NCBI GenBank assembly: GCA_964291285.2
Contig: OZ219787.1
Location: 864,001-928,000, forward strand
Reading direction: 5' to 3'
Origin: Alphaproteobacteria bacterium
GTDB taxonomy: Bacteria; Pseudomonadota; Alphaproteobacteria; Bin95
Length of the DNA stretch: 64,000 nt
Positions 1 to 10,510 of this stretch are shown in pieces. The stretch's first letter is position 1; every line of letters starts with the position of its first letter. Below the pieces are notes generated by a model that was given only the letters and a program-made list of their open reading frames with translations, was not told the DNA's origin and did not search any database. The position numbers were made by a program, and so were the translations under genes.

Positions 1-847
1 TGTCGCGGGCCGCGAGCGCGATCTCGTCCGCATCCTCCTCGAAAAAGCCCCGCGCGACGCCCACCCGCACCCCCGACGCCTTCGGCGCGCGGGCAGCGGC
101 GGCATAGTCCGGAACGGGGACCGGCGCCGAGGTCGGGTCCAGCGGGTCCTGCCCGGCGATCGCCGCCAGCATCAGCGCATTGTCCAGCACGGTGCGCGTG
201 AGCGGGCCCACATTGTCCAGCGAGAAGGAGAGGCCCATCACGCCGAAACGGCTGACCCGCGTCTGGGTCGGCTTCATGCCGGCAAGGTTGCAGAAGCCGG
301 CGGGCAGGCGGATCGAGCCGCCGGTGTCGGAGCCGAGCGCGCCGTAGCAGAGCCGCGCGGCCGTCGCTGACCCGGAGCCGGAAGACGAGCCGCCGGTGAT
401 CCGCGCCGTGTCCCACGGATTGCGGCAGGGGCCGAAATGCTCGTTATGCCCCGTGGGCCCCATGGCGAACTCGGCCATGTTGAGGCCGCCCAGATAGGTG
501 GCACCGGCCCCGGCCAGCCGCGCGAGCGCGGTCGAGGTCACCTCGGGGCGGAAGTCCCGCCGGATCCTGCTGCCGCAGGTCGTGAGCCCGCCGGCGCGGT
601 AATACATGTCCTTGTGCGCGAGCGGCACGCCGGCCAGCGGCCCGAGCGCCTCGCCCGCGGCGCGTTTCGCGTCCACGGCGGCGGCGCCCTTCCGGGCGGT
701 TTCCTCCTCCACGCGGACGAAGGCATTGAGCTTCGGGTTCACCGCCCCGATCCGCGCGAGCGCCGCTTCCGTCAGCTCCACCGCTGTGAAATCGCCCCGG
801 ACGACGCCTTCCGCCGCCTGGGCCAGGGTGAGGTCCGTCAGGCTCAT
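1..847 (-). CDS. Amidase signature family protein (partial, runs off window start)
   Basis: Manual translation from ATG 847: MSLTDLTLAQAAEGV...GPLAGVPLAHKD...GGSSSGS...GSDTGGSIRLPA (amidase signature). Absent from the ORF track because no stop lies in the window. Confidence 0.9.
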   Translation of the reverse strand, partial: MSLTDLTLAQAAEGVVRGDFTAVELTEAALARIGAVNPKLNAFVRVEEETARKGAAAVDAKRAAGEALGPLAGVPLAHKDMYYRAGGLTTCGSRIRRDFRPEVTSTALARLAGAGATYLGGLNMAEFAMGPTGHNEHFGPCRNPWDTARITGGSSSGSGSATAARLCYGALGSDTGGSIRLPAGFCNLAGMKPTQTRVSRFGVMGLSFSLDNVGPLTRTVLDNALMLAAIAGQDPLDPTSAPVPVPDYAAAARAPKASGVRVGVARGFFEEDADEIALAARD

Positions 848-1035
848 GCGCCGTCCTCCGGAGCGAGGCGCGCCAGCACCGTCTCGATATGCTGTGGTTC
901 GGTGTCGAAGAGCGACCCGTCGCCATGGTCGAGCACGGCGCTCCGGAGGACGGCCTGGGCGCGGTCCGACCGGGCGCCTGCCGCCAGGTCGAAGCGGTAG
1001 CCCGGGAAGGGTTCGTCTCTCTCTGTCTCGCTCAT
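844..1035 (-). CDS. Small hypothetical protein (63 aa) coupled to the amidase; possible accessory subunit
   Basis: MSETERDEPF... preceded by a purine-rich stretch; stop overlaps the amidase ATG (ATGA). Confidence 0.55.
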   Translation of the reverse strand: MSETERDEPFPGYRFDLAAGARSDRAQAVLRSAVLDHGDGSLFDTEPQHIETVLARLAPEDGA

Positions 1036-1123
1036 GCTGGAAGGCCTTTCTTCTCGAAGGAGTTGCGCTCCGTGTCGTCGGCGATATTCCTTGGCGCCCG
1101 TCAACAGCGCCGGGTTTGCGGAT

Positions 1124-2041
1124 ATGGCCGACCTCATTCTGCACCATTACGACATTTCGCCCTATGCGGAGAAAATCCGCTTGGCATTCGGGCTGAAGGG
1201 GCTGGCATGGCGCTCGGTCATCCAGCCGATGGTGCTGCCGAAACCCGACCTGATGCCGCTGACGGGCGGGTTCCGCCGCACGCCGGTGCTGCAGGCCGGC
1301 GCGGACATCTATTGCGACACGCAGCGCATCGCGGTGGAGCTCGACCGGCGCTGCCCGGACCCGCCGCTGCTGCCGGAAGAGGGGCCCGGCTTCGACGCCG
1401 TTCTGGCGACATGGGCGGAGCGCGTGCTCATGTGGCCGACCGCGCGCTATGTCACCGGCATGAACCGCGAGACGCTGTCGGAGGGCTTCTTCCGCGACCG
1501 CTCCGCCATGCGGGGCCACGCCGCGCCGGACATGGAGAAGGTGGCCGCGGACTTGCCGCACCAGGAAAGACAGCTTCGCCTCATGCTGGGCTGGGTGGAA
1601 GACCTGCTGGCCGGGCCGGCACCGGACCTCGCAACCCGTACGCCCCGGCTCGCCGATTTCGCCCTCTACCAGCGGCTGTGGTGGCTGAAGGCACTCGACG
1701 GCAAGGCCGCGCCCGTGCTCGCCGGCCATCCCCGCATCGCCGACTGGATGGCCCGGATCGCCGCGATCGGCCACGGCCGGCGCTCCGAACTGACGCCGGC
1801 CGACGCGCTCCGCATAGCAGCCGAGGCAGAGCCGGCGCCCATAGCTTTAACCGCCCCGCCCGGCGACATCCCGCCCGGCTCGCGCGTCCGCGTCGCGACG
1901 GAGGATTTCGCCCTCGACCCCGTGGAAGGCGAGACCGTCCATGCGACCCCGACCGAAATCACGATCCGCCGCGAAGACCCGGAAACCGGCCGCATCCACG
2001 TCCACTTCCCCCGCCTGGGGTATGAGGTGACGGTGCTGTAG
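1124..2041 (+). CDS. Glutathione S-transferase family protein
   Basis: ILHHYDISPYAEKIRLAFGLKGL...GGFRRTPVLQAGADIYCDT; C-terminal VHVHFPRLGY. Confidence 0.9.
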   Translation: MADLILHHYDISPYAEKIRLAFGLKGLAWRSVIQPMVLPKPDLMPLTGGFRRTPVLQAGADIYCDTQRIAVELDRRCPDPPLLPEEGPGFDAVLATWAERVLMWPTARYVTGMNRETLSEGFFRDRSAMRGHAAPDMEKVAADLPHQERQLRLMLGWVEDLLAGPAPDLATRTPRLADFALYQRLWWLKALDGKAAPVLAGHPRIADWMARIAAIGHGRRSELTPADALRIAAEAEPAPIALTAPPGDIPPGSRVRVATEDFALDPVEGETVHATPTEITIRREDPETGRIHVHFPRLGYEVTVL

Positions 2042-2354
2042 GAACTATAGCCGGCAGACCGCGGTGAGGACGGTCAAGCAATCCCCCGGCTGCCGTCGGG
2101 TGATCGACCGTGTCGTGGCCGACAATCCCCGCGACACCCAGCACAGAGGCGTCAAGGTAGTGCTCGGCCTCCGTCGTCGGGGCTGCGAAATGCATGTCGG
2201 TATCGTTGCCGCTGCTCACAACGAACCCGCCCGAACTAAAATTTCTAATGTCCCAACCATGCCTTTCCTGTCCGGTTTTTTCATCTGTGTGAAAGCTATC
2301 CGATCCCGCCATATTGGCTATAACCTCATTCAAGTCATCAAGAATATTGGTCAC
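1959..2354 (-). CDS. Hypothetical protein in low-GC island (possibly truncated)
   Basis: GTG start after AAGGAAG; lower-GC codons; 3' end overlaps the GST end, so the C-terminus may be spurious. Confidence 0.35.
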   Translation of the reverse strand: MTNILDDLNEVIANMAGSDSFHTDEKTGQERHGWDIRNFSSGGFVVSSGNDTDMHFAAPTTEAEHYLDASVLGVAGIVGHDTVDHPTAAGGLLDRPHRGLPAIVPTAPSPHTPGGGSGRGCGRFPGLRGGS

Positions 2355-2562
2355 TATATCTTCCTTACTATGACCTCCGTTGGAGCCGCGATCAGGAGGT
2401 GATGAATTTCCCTTCTTCCTTATTATCTTTCCACGTCGATAAATTTAGCGAACTCATCATCGCCCATTTTTGAAATAACTTGTATAATATCGTCCGCTGT
2501 ATCACCAGGTGAAATTTTGTCAGAATACAAAAATTCTAACGAGCTTAATGCAACTTCACTAC

Positions 2563-4576
2563 CCCGACTTCCGCAACTCGGGGGTCATGAGGATGCTAAC
2601 TCATTGAATAGCCTTGATCGTCTCCCCGAGGGTCGGCACTACAAGGCGGCGAACGGAGAGGCGGCGCCGTGTGCCGTCAGGCGGAGATCCGGGGTGCGGG
2701 TTGCTGCGGCCAGGTCATGCCGAGCTGTTGCAGCAGTAGCTCGTGCTCCTTGTTCGGCCGGGTGTGGCGCGGCAGGACGAGGTGCCGGCCGTCGGTGGTT
2801 GGCAGATGGACGTCCACCATCTGGATGGTGGCGAAGGCCTCAAGGATGGCGCGTGGGGTGAGGCCCGGGGCGCGCGGCCGGGCGAGGTTCTTCAGGGTCA
2901 CCAGCAGGCAGTAGGCGATGAACGAGACGAAGATATGCGCCTCGATGCGCTCTTGGCGCTGATGGAAGATGGGGCGGATCGCGAGGTCGTGCTTGAGTTC
3001 CTTGAACGCCTGCTCGATCTCGACGAGCTGCATGTACAGATGCCACAGCGTGGCGGGGTCTTCGGCGACCATGTTGGATCGCAGCAGGTAACGGCCCTCG
3101 CGGCGGCGGACCTGGCGCAGCCGGTCGCGCTGCAGGCGGAATGAGAAGCCGTTGGCGGCGAGTTCGCTGTCGGTCCCGGGCACGGTGATGTCGACCAGGC
3201 TCCAGGCCCGGCCGGCCTCCTTCCTGGCGGCGCCGAGCTTGAGCAACAACTGATCCCGGCTGTTCGACTGCCCTTGCAACTCGGCCAATCGACGCCACAG
3301 CCTCTTCAGCCGGCGCCGGCGCATGCCGCGTTCCTTCACCTGCCGCCCCTCGCTGCGCACCAGGACGTAGAGCTCGCCATCCTCGACCAGAAGCTTGACA
3401 GTCACGGACTGGCGCACCTCCTGCCAGGGCAGGCCCAGGAACACCTTCTCGAGCCGCGTCAGCCGGCCCTTGGGCGTGCCCACCAGGTAGCGCACCGGCG
3501 CCTCGCCCTCGCGCATCGCGGCCAGCGTCTCCTCGGTGGGGATGCCGCGGTCCATGATCCACACCCGCTCGGAGCGGCCATACTGATCCTCGATCTTCTT
3601 GAGGAACGCCGCCAGCGTGGTGTCGTCGGAGGTGTTGCCCGGCATCACCTCATAGGCCAGCGGAAAGCCCTGCGGCGTAACGATCAGGGCGATCACCACC
3701 TGCACGCAGTCGGGCCGCTTGTCCCGGCTGTAGCCGAAGCGGCGCTTGTCATCGAACGGCGGATCGCTCTCGAAGTAGGTCGAGGTCAGGTCGTAGAGCA
3801 GCACGTCGAAGCGCGCCTCGAACAGCGTCGCCCAGCGGTCGCGCAGAAACGAGAAGAAGCCCTGCTTGTGCGCCAGCAGCTTGTCGAGACAGCGATAGAG
3901 TGTGTCGTCGGCGATCGCCCGCTCGCCACCCAGAAGATCGCGAAGCGCGCTGTGCTCATACCAGTGACGGTGAAGGCGCCACTCGCTGCCCGGGTCGATC
4001 AGCCGGTAGCAGACCTGGATCTTCAGGATGTCCAGCCACCGCGTGCCTTGCCGGCTCGCCGGCAGCCGCTCTTCCCAGAAGCGGTCCAGGTCCAGGCGGT
4101 CCCACAAGGACAGCGCCAGCCAGCACGCCCCCCACTGGCGCGGGTCGTGAAGCGCCACCTGCGAGAGGTCGATCTTCACCACTTCGCAAGTCAGCGCCGG
4201 CGCCTCCCGGTCCTCGGGAAACAGCGCCATCTGCCGTGATCGCGACTTGCCCTCCACCACCTCGATCGAGCGGCACCACGCCGCTCGCTGGCTGTCGTTG
4301 ATCTCCCCGAGATAGAGCACCTGACGCTGAACAACCCGACCGCCGTGGACCCGGACGTTCTCCACAACGCTCCAGTAGCGGTGCTCCTTGCCGTCCTTGA
4401 AGCGTCTCTTGCAGCGCACGAACATCAGCGCAGCGTCCGGATCTTCGCCAGCCCGATCAAGGGGGTAGGTCGGCACTACAAGCCGGTCCCGAGAGGTACT
4501 GCACCGAAATCCGACACTTCTCGCGCCGGAAAACCGTCAAATCAGTCGATTCTCAAGCCGAGTTGCGGAAGTCGGG
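2563..4576 (-). mobile_element. IS1634-family insertion sequence, copy 1 (2014 bp)
   Basis: Terminal inverted repeats CCCGACTTCCGCAACTCGG; flanks CTAC/CTAG; same length and same transposase as 17316-19329. Confidence 0.92.
2677..4425 (-). CDS. IS1634-family DDE transposase
   Basis: MFVRCKRRFKDGKEHRYWSVVE; YDLTSTYFE, GYSRDKRPD, MDRG, IEQAFKELK, RIEAHIFVSF motifs. Confidence 0.93.
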   Translation of the reverse strand: MFVRCKRRFKDGKEHRYWSVVENVRVHGGRVVQRQVLYLGEINDSQRAAWCRSIEVVEGKSRSRQMALFPEDREAPALTCEVVKIDLSQVALHDPRQWGACWLALSLWDRLDLDRFWEERLPASRQGTRWLDILKIQVCYRLIDPGSEWRLHRHWYEHSALRDLLGGERAIADDTLYRCLDKLLAHKQGFFSFLRDRWATLFEARFDVLLYDLTSTYFESDPPFDDKRRFGYSRDKRPDCVQVVIALIVTPQGFPLAYEVMPGNTSDDTTLAAFLKKIEDQYGRSERVWIMDRGIPTEETLAAMREGEAPVRYLVGTPKGRLTRLEKVFLGLPWQEVRQSVTVKLLVEDGELYVLVRSEGRQVKERGMRRRRLKRLWRRLAELQGQSNSRDQLLLKLGAARKEAGRAWSLVDITVPGTDSELAANGFSFRLQRDRLRQVRRREGRYLLRSNMVAEDPATLWHLYMQLVEIEQAFKELKHDLAIRPIFHQRQERIEAHIFVSFIAYCLLVTLKNLARPRAPGLTPRAILEAFATIQMVDVHLPTTDGRHLVLPRHTRPNKEHELLLQQLGMTWPQQPAPRISA

Positions 4577-5279
4577 CTAGATTTCATATCACCAAAAACA
4601 TCACTTCGAAGATCAGCATTCTTGTCCACCATACCTGCTGGATTTTCCTTCAAATTTCTCAAGATTCCGACAGCTCTAAAAAGACCAACAGTAGCACATA
4701 TCCCAATATCACGGAATGATCGCAATTTTGAAATTACTATCAGAGATCCTGTTATTTCCCACTGCCTTATAAATTCAAAAAATTGACACCATATGTGTTT
4801 GTTTAGCTTTAATTTATTTGTATCCATTCCATGTTTCATCAAAATGTCTCGAGTCTCATCCTTCAAAAAGAATTCTGGCACATTATCCACAAATATAATC
4901 GCCGTATTGGAATTTTCATATTTGTTTTCTTCCACAAAGATATTATATGGAATTCGCTTAGATAAAAGAGTTGTGATCTTCTTTATATCTTCAATTATTC
5001 CTTGGTTTATGCCTCCTAGTATAGTGATATTAATGTCTCGCATTCTTCGCTGTACATATTTTCGTTCCGAAGAAAAAAATTCCCCAACAACTAATTCAGA
5101 AAACTTGTTTTTGTCCCAACATCCAATGCCATCGCAATTTTTCACTCCCGCCTGGCCAGTGACTGCAAAGAATGCAACAAATATCGCTGCGAAAACTGGA
5201 ACCCTGCGATACCTGCATATATGTGCTACCCGGATGACCGCATTCCCAGCATCCATCCACGGATGGAACGGGGCCCTAC

Positions 5280-5600
5280 CCGGATCGGCATAGTGGTTGT
5301 TGCGGCTGTCGTCGCCGGTAGCGTGGAGCCGGCAATGCGTCACCACCCGGCCCACCGCCGCGCCGATGCACGCCATAACCCCGAGCATGTGGAACATGGC
5401 GATGGCCCAGCGCGGCGATTCGGAGCCCCGATGCGCGAGATAGCGGTGGAACCCCACGAAAAAGCCGACGCAACCGTAGAGGAAACAGCCGGACACCGCG
5501 AGCAACCACCAGCCCCCGCCGGCCTCCGCAAACAGCAGCACCCAGAGCATCACGCCGCCGGTGAGGACCTGCACCCGTCCGAAGAACCGCATCGGCGGGC
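5280..5600 (-). pseudogene. Degenerate fatty-acid (delta-9-type) desaturase fragment
   Basis: GFFVGFHRYLAHRG (His box 1) and decayed THCRLHATGD (His box 2); the rest is replaced by the AT-rich gene. Confidence 0.55.
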
Positions 5601-5929
5601 AGTGCCACCAGGAAGATACCCGCCACAGCCCGCGCAGCGGGCACAGGGCCCGGTTCCCCGCAATCGCCGGCGTTTCCATCCCAGCCCCCCGCAACGCTCC
5701 GCTCCCGAAAATCTGCCCGGCAGGCATTTGCGATGTCAATGACAGATGTGTGACACTTTGCCGGACTCGGAGAAACGCGATTGCCTGAGGCTGGCCACTG
5801 GCGGTCATTATACCGAAGGCGCGTTCCCGGCGCGGGGCGCTTGTCCTCCTCGCTTGGCTAAGGGAGGCCTGCCCCGGACCCGCGATCCGGGGGGCAGGGG
5901 CAGGAGGCAGTTCCTTCAAAGTCGCAAAA

Positions 5930-6760
5930 CATGAAAAAAATCTAATGATATTGCCTTTTGTTCGTATTTTGAGCTTGACATCTGGCGGATTGTGATATGA
6001 TGGTCCCCAGGGAAGCGGACTCCGGAGCCGCGTCCCCGGGTGCTGCGCGGCCTAGCGGCGCCATTTTTGAAAACCCGTGAGAAGCCGACGGGAGACGTGC
6101 GTCCTCTGCCTCGCGCGCGCAATCAGGCACGCGAACCGCGCCGGCGCCGACACGCGCCCGGGCAGGCGCGGGCGCCCGCGCAGGATACGCGCGGAAAAGG
6201 GACCCGCTCCCCGTCGGAGCAAGGAGGAACGATGACAGCAACCGACCCCGCCCCGAACTGGCGGCGATGCTCGCCGAAAGGCTCGCCTCCGCCGCCGCAG
6301 CCCCTGCCAGCGCCTATGTGGTAGGACCGGCTCCGTGCAGGCCGAAATGACCTCGTCCGCAAGCCTCCCATCGTCACCCTGGCCGGAGCGAAGCGGAGAG
6401 CCGGGGTCCATCTTCCGCCCTCTCCATCGGGCTGCAACGGTCAGCGATGGGCGCCGGCTTTCCCGCTCGGGGGCGGGGTACAGGCCGGGGGGCGGGGTGA
6501 CGAAAGGGACCCGATCCGGGGATGAGCCGGGACCTCATGCAGCTTGGCCCCGTCCGGGGCGACGGACAAGGGCCGTGCGGCTGCGCCAGCCCGCCGGCGG
6601 AAGGGAAGAGTCACGAATGGAGCGTTATGCCCGGACAGGCTGCAGGGCCTGCCCCCTGCGCATGCAGATCATGACATCTCATGACATTCCATGACGCATC
6701 GCAGGAGGCCGGCTTCGCGGCGCGGAACATGACAAAACATGACATTCCATGACACATCGC
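5930..6760 (+). repeat. Dispersed long intergenic repeat, copy A
   Basis: AT-rich leader with TTGACA (5975), 42-bp core at 6119-6160, CATGAC decamer arrays at 6670-6760. Confidence 0.7.
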
Positions 6761-6789
6761 AGGGGGCCGCCCCCGCGGCCCGGGCGCGG

Positions 6790-7410
6790 TCAGCTGCAGA
6801 AGGGCCAGATCTGGTACCAGGAGTCGCAGCGGAAGCGGGACTCGCATTTGGCGAGCTGGGAGGTGTAGCGTTTGGCCGTGCGGGCGACCTTGCGGGCCGC
6901 CGCCTTGACGCCCTGCTTGTTCTTCCACTTGCCGCTCCGGTAGCCGCCGCGGCCCTCGTGATAGGCCAGGTAGAGGCTGTAGGCGTCGGTGTAGGCGATG
7001 CCGAGCCCGCGGTGGCTCTTGCGGTTGTACCAGCCGATGAAGTCGAGCGCGTCCTCCATGTCGGAGCGGCTGCGGAACCACCCGCCGCGCTCGTTCTCAT
7101 ATTCCGCCCAGGTGCCGTCCAGCGCCTGCGCATAGCCCTTGGCCGAGGTCTGGCGCCCCCAGGGGATGAACCAGAGCCACTTTCTCGGCGGCCGCGCATG
7201 GCTGCGATAGCTCGATTCCCGGTGGACGAAGGCCATCTGGACCGGAACGGGCGTGCCCCACTCGCTCTCGCTGGCGCGGGCATAGTCGTACCAGTCCGGA
7301 TACTGCTCGAACACGGAGCAGAGATTGCCCTGGTCGTCGGGCGGCGCGGTCGCGCAACCGGCAGCGAACAGGGCGAGGCAGGCGGCGAGGCCGCGCAGGA
7401 CACGGATCAT
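6790..7410 (-). CDS. Lipoprotein with SLT-like transglycosylase domain
   Basis: Lipobox FAAGC; [30 protein letters not shown] motifs. Confidence 0.8.
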   Translation of the reverse strand: MIRVLRGLAACLALFAAGCATAPPDDQGNLCSVFEQYPDWYDYARASESEWGTPVPVQMAFVHRESSYRSHARPPRKWLWFIPWGRQTSAKGYAQALDGTWAEYENERGGWFRSRSDMEDALDFIGWYNRKSHRGLGIAYTDAYSLYLAYHEGRGGYRSGKWKNKQGVKAAARKVARTAKRYTSQLAKCESRFRCDSWYQIWPFCS

Positions 7411-7763
7411 GACGGCCCGTTCTCCCGTTCCATCCGCCGGAAGAAACAGCTCCGGGCGCCGGTATGGCAGGCGGCGCCCGTCTGCTCGATGAGAAGCAGG
7501 ACCGTGTCGCCGTCGCAGTCGAGCCGGCATTCGCGCACCTGCTGGATGTGTCCCGAGGTGTCGCCCTTGCGCCAGAACGCCCGGCGCGAGCGCGACCAGT
7601 AGCAGGCGCGGCCCGTGCGCAGCGTCTCGGCGAGCGACTCCCGGTTCATCCAGGCCATCATCAGCACCTCGCCCGTGTCGTACGCCTGGGCGACGGCGGG
7701 GACGAGACCCGCCTCGTTGAAGCGCACGTCGGCAAGCGCGGCGGGTTCGAACGGCGCGGTCAT
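7407..7763 (-). CDS. hisI: Phosphoribosyl-AMP cyclohydrolase
   Basis: [37 protein letters not shown]. Confidence 0.95.
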   Translation of the reverse strand: MTAPFEPAALADVRFNEAGLVPAVAQAYDTGEVLMMAWMNRESLAETLRTGRACYWSRSRRAFWRKGDTSGHIQQVRECRLDCDGDTVLLLIEQTGAACHTGARSCFFRRMERENGPS

Positions 7764-8716
7764 GGCAGGACCCGCGCCATGACGTTTTCACGGAAGCGGT
7801 CGATGGCGTCGAAGGTCTCTTCCAGGCTCGGGCGCAGGAAGTTGAACATGAGGCGCGTGACGCCGGTCTCGCGGAGCGCGGCCGCGTCCCCGGCCACCTG
7901 CTCGTCGGTGCCCGTCATGATGAAGCGCTCGCCCTCGTCGTTCTGCCGCTCAAGGTCTTCGCGGTACCAGTTGGCCGAGAAGGCGAGGCCGATCTCCGCC
8001 GGGTCGCGCCCGATCTTCTCCGCCTCGGCGCGCATCCGCGCGACGCCGGCGGCGAAGCGCGCGGGCGTGTCCAGCGGATGGCGCGGATTGGCGCCGATGG
8101 GGAACCAGACATCGGCATGGCGTGCGGCGCGGCGGAGCGCCGGCCCGCTCTCGCCGCCGGTCCAGATCGGCGGGTGCGGGCGCTGCACCGGCTTCGGCTC
8201 GAAGATGATGCCGTCGAACGCCGCGAACTCGCCCGCCATGGCCGGGTTCTCTTCGGTCCAGAGCGTCTTGAACGCCTCCAGATACTCGCCGGTGACGCGC
8301 CCGCGCGCATCGAAATCCGGGGCGCCGATGGCCTCGAACTCCTCGCGCAGCCAGCCCGCGCCAACGCCGAGGTCGATGCGCCCGCCGGAGAGTACGTCCA
8401 TGGTCGCGACCGCCTTGGCGGTGAACACTGCCGGGCGGTGCGGCGCGACCATGACGGAGGAGAGGATACGCGCCTTCTTCGTGACCGCCGCGACATGGGT
8501 CATCAGGATGAGCTGGTCCATGCAGTCGCCCCAGTCGCCGGTCAGCTTGCCGGAAACGTCGTAGGGATAGCGCGAGGCGTAGCTCTTCGGGATGACGATA
8601 TGATCGGGTATCGCGAGGCGGACGAAGCCGCTCTCCTCGGCCTTGGCGGCCAGCGCCTTTATGGCTTCCGGGGTGGCCATAGGGCCGCGATTGGGGATGC
8701 TCAGACCGAATTCCAT
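7760..8716 (-). CDS. LLM-class (luciferase-like) oxidoreductase, possibly F420-dependent
   Basis: [41 protein letters not shown]. Confidence 0.88.
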   Translation of the reverse strand: MEFGLSIPNRGPMATPEAIKALAAKAEESGFVRLAIPDHIVIPKSYASRYPYDVSGKLTGDWGDCMDQLILMTHVAAVTKKARILSSVMVAPHRPAVFTAKAVATMDVLSGGRIDLGVGAGWLREEFEAIGAPDFDARGRVTGEYLEAFKTLWTEENPAMAGEFAAFDGIIFEPKPVQRPHPPIWTGGESGPALRRAARHADVWFPIGANPRHPLDTPARFAAGVARMRAEAEKIGRDPAEIGLAFSANWYREDLERQNDEGERFIMTGTDEQVAGDAAALRETGVTRLMFNFLRPSLEETFDAIDRFRENVMARVLP

Positions 8717-8784
8717 GGGCGCCGCTCCCGGCTGTCGTGTCTCTCGGGTATAGTCGCCTCCGGATATAGCAGGAGCGGCGGGCA

Positions 8785-9726
8785 ATGGGCATCGGTGTCG
8801 GACTGGGGCTGGCGGATTTTCCGTTCTCGGACGCGCGCGCCTTCTGGCGCTGGGTCGATCTGTGCGAGGAGGGCGGCGTCGATTCGCTCTGGCAGACGGA
8901 CCGGCTGGTCTCGCGCCAGCCGATCCTGGAGTGCATGAGCGCCATGGCGGCCATCGCCGGACGGACGCGGCGGATCAAGTTCGGCATGAACGTGGCCTCC
9001 GTCGGCTTGCGCGACCCGCTGCTGCTCGCCAAGCAATGCGCCACCATCGACGTGCTGAGCGAGGGGCGGCTGCTGCCGGCCTTCGGCGTCGGCAGCCCGC
9101 GCGGGCCGGAGTGGCAGGTGCGCGGCGAGGCCTTCGACAAGGGCGCGCGCCGGACGAATGAGGGTCTGGAAATCCTCTCCCGGCTCTGGTCGGAGGAGAA
9201 GGTCAGCTTCGAGGGCGAGTTCTACGCCATGAAGGACGCCTCGATCTCGCCCCGCCCCGTGCAGGACCCGCTGCCGCTCTGGATCGGCGGGTCGAGCCGG
9301 GCCGCCATCCGCCGCACCGCGAAATGGGGCACGGGCTGGCAGGCCGGCGGCGAGGCGCCGGAGGAAGTGGAGCCGGTGGTCGCCGCCATCCGTGACGCCG
9401 CGGAGGCGGAAGGCCGGCCGTTCGATCACGAGCATTTCGGCACGGGGCTGAATGCGCGCTTCGGCTCCTGGGACGAGCCGCTGGTGGCGAAGGCGGCGGA
9501 CGCGCAGTTGAAGCGCACCGGGCGCGACCCCCGCCGGCAATGGGCGGTCGGCAGCAGGGACGACATCCTCGCCCGCATCTCGGCCTTCGTGGATGCCGGC
9601 ATCTCCAAGTTCATCCTGCGCCCGATGGGCCGCGACGACGAGGAGATCATGGCCCAGACGCGGCGCATTGTGGAGGAGGTCGCCCCGGCCGCGGAGGCGT
9701 TGCGGGGTCAGCGCGCCGCCGCGTAG
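8785..9726 (+). CDS. LLM-class flavin-dependent oxidoreductase
   Basis: LLAKQCATIDVLSEGRL, PRPVQDPLPLWIGG. Confidence 0.88.
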   Translation: MGIGVGLGLADFPFSDARAFWRWVDLCEEGGVDSLWQTDRLVSRQPILECMSAMAAIAGRTRRIKFGMNVASVGLRDPLLLAKQCATIDVLSEGRLLPAFGVGSPRGPEWQVRGEAFDKGARRTNEGLEILSRLWSEEKVSFEGEFYAMKDASISPRPVQDPLPLWIGGSSRAAIRRTAKWGTGWQAGGEAPEEVEPVVAAIRDAAEAEGRPFDHEHFGTGLNARFGSWDEPLVAKAADAQLKRTGRDPRRQWAVGSRDDILARISAFVDAGISKFILRPMGRDDEEIMAQTRRIVEEVAPAAEALRGQRAAA

Positions 9727-9738
9727 GACGGCCGGCGG

Positions 9739-10167
9739 TCAGATGACGCAGAAATGCCGGTCCTCTGCGCCGATAACGGCATCGGGCGAAATACGGGCGT
9801 CGAAGGTGACGAACCGGCCCTCATGGACGACGGCCAGCGCCAGCAGGTGGATATCCGCAATCTGCCGGGGGCCGAGGACATGGCGCCAGTCTATCGTGCC
9901 CGGGTCTAGAAGGTTCACATCGTCCGCCCAGGCGCGGTGGCGGTCTCCGGCGACGGCCGCGCGCAGCCGGTCGGCAACGGTGCGCGGCGGCAAGTTGCCC
10001 GGATAGGCCGGCTGCGACATGACGCGTATGCACCCGTTGCGCGTAACAGCACAGGTGGCCCAGCCGTGCTGGGCATTGTCCCGGAACCAGCGCCAGGCCG
10101 GTTCATGGTGGAGGTGCTGGGCGTCGAGCAGCGCGATCAGCACATTGACATCCAGCAGGGCGCGCAT
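9739..10167 (-). CDS. vapC: VapC-type PIN-domain toxin
   Basis: LLDVNVLIAL...QIADIHLLALA...FVTFD PIN motifs. Confidence 0.88.
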   Translation of the reverse strand: MRALLDVNVLIALLDAQHLHHEPAWRWFRDNAQHGWATCAVTRNGCIRVMSQPAYPGNLPPRTVADRLRAAVAGDRHRAWADDVNLLDPGTIDWRHVLGPRQIADIHLLALAVVHEGRFVTFDARISPDAVIGAEDRHFCVI

Positions 10168-10427
10168 CAGCCGCCGCTTTCCTCCCGGAGCCGGTCGATC
10201 AGCTCATTGGTCACGATGCCGCCGCGCGGCGGGAACGGGCGGAAGCCGAATTCCGCCCTCCCGAAGGGCGCCTGCGCTTCCGCCATTTCCGTTCCGTAAG
10301 GCTCGCCGCCCGCAAGCGCCCGGCGGAGCAGATCGGACACCGCCCCGCCGACGGATCTGGAGTCGCGCCTCGCGATTTCCTTGACTGCCAGCAGCAGGTC
10401 GTCGTCGATATTGAGCGTGGTGCGCAT
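10167..10427 (-). CDS. vapB: VapB-type (RHH/CopG) antitoxin
   Basis: MRTTLNIDDDLL...VTNELIDRLREE; overlaps the toxin start. Confidence 0.85.
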   Translation of the reverse strand: MRTTLNIDDDLLLAVKEIARRDSRSVGGAVSDLLRRALAGGEPYGTEMAEAQAPFGRAEFGFRPFPPRGGIVTNELIDRLREESGG

Positions 10428-10452
10428 GGCAGCAGCCTCACAAAGACGTGGG

Positions 10453-10492
10453 GGTGATGCGTGATGCTTAAGCATCAAACATCACCTGTCAA
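10453..10492 (-). promoter_or_regulatory. vapBC promoter with palindromic operator
   Basis: GGTGATG-cg-TGATGCTT|AAGCATCA-aa-CATCACC palindrome adjoining a minus-strand TTGACA (10487-10492). Confidence 0.65.
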
Positions 10493-10510
10493 GGCGCGGA
10501 CATGTTCGCG

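Larger units (their letters stand above)
2423..5256 (-). pseudogene. AT-rich putative exported protein (DUF2927-like) split by IS1634
   Basis: Frame ...DVFGDMKS at 4577 continues after removing the IS plus 4 bp: SEVALSSLEFLYSDKISPGDTADDIIQVISKMGDDEFAKFIDVER, stop at 2423. N-terminal hydrophobic stretch VFAAIFVAFFAV. Start uncertain. Confidence 0.7.

Noticed and set aside
4537-5919. 460-aa ORF as one functional protein
   Set aside because: It is a chimera of non-coding DNA, a decayed desaturase piece, an AT-rich gene and IS-end sequence.
6232-6324. Short ORFs after RBS-like sequences inside the dispersed repeat (also near 36222)
   Set aside because: Peptide sequences are not conserved between copies.
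6670-6760. CATGAC repeats as a CRISPR array
   Set aside because: Units are 10 bp with no unique spacers, and no cas genes are present.
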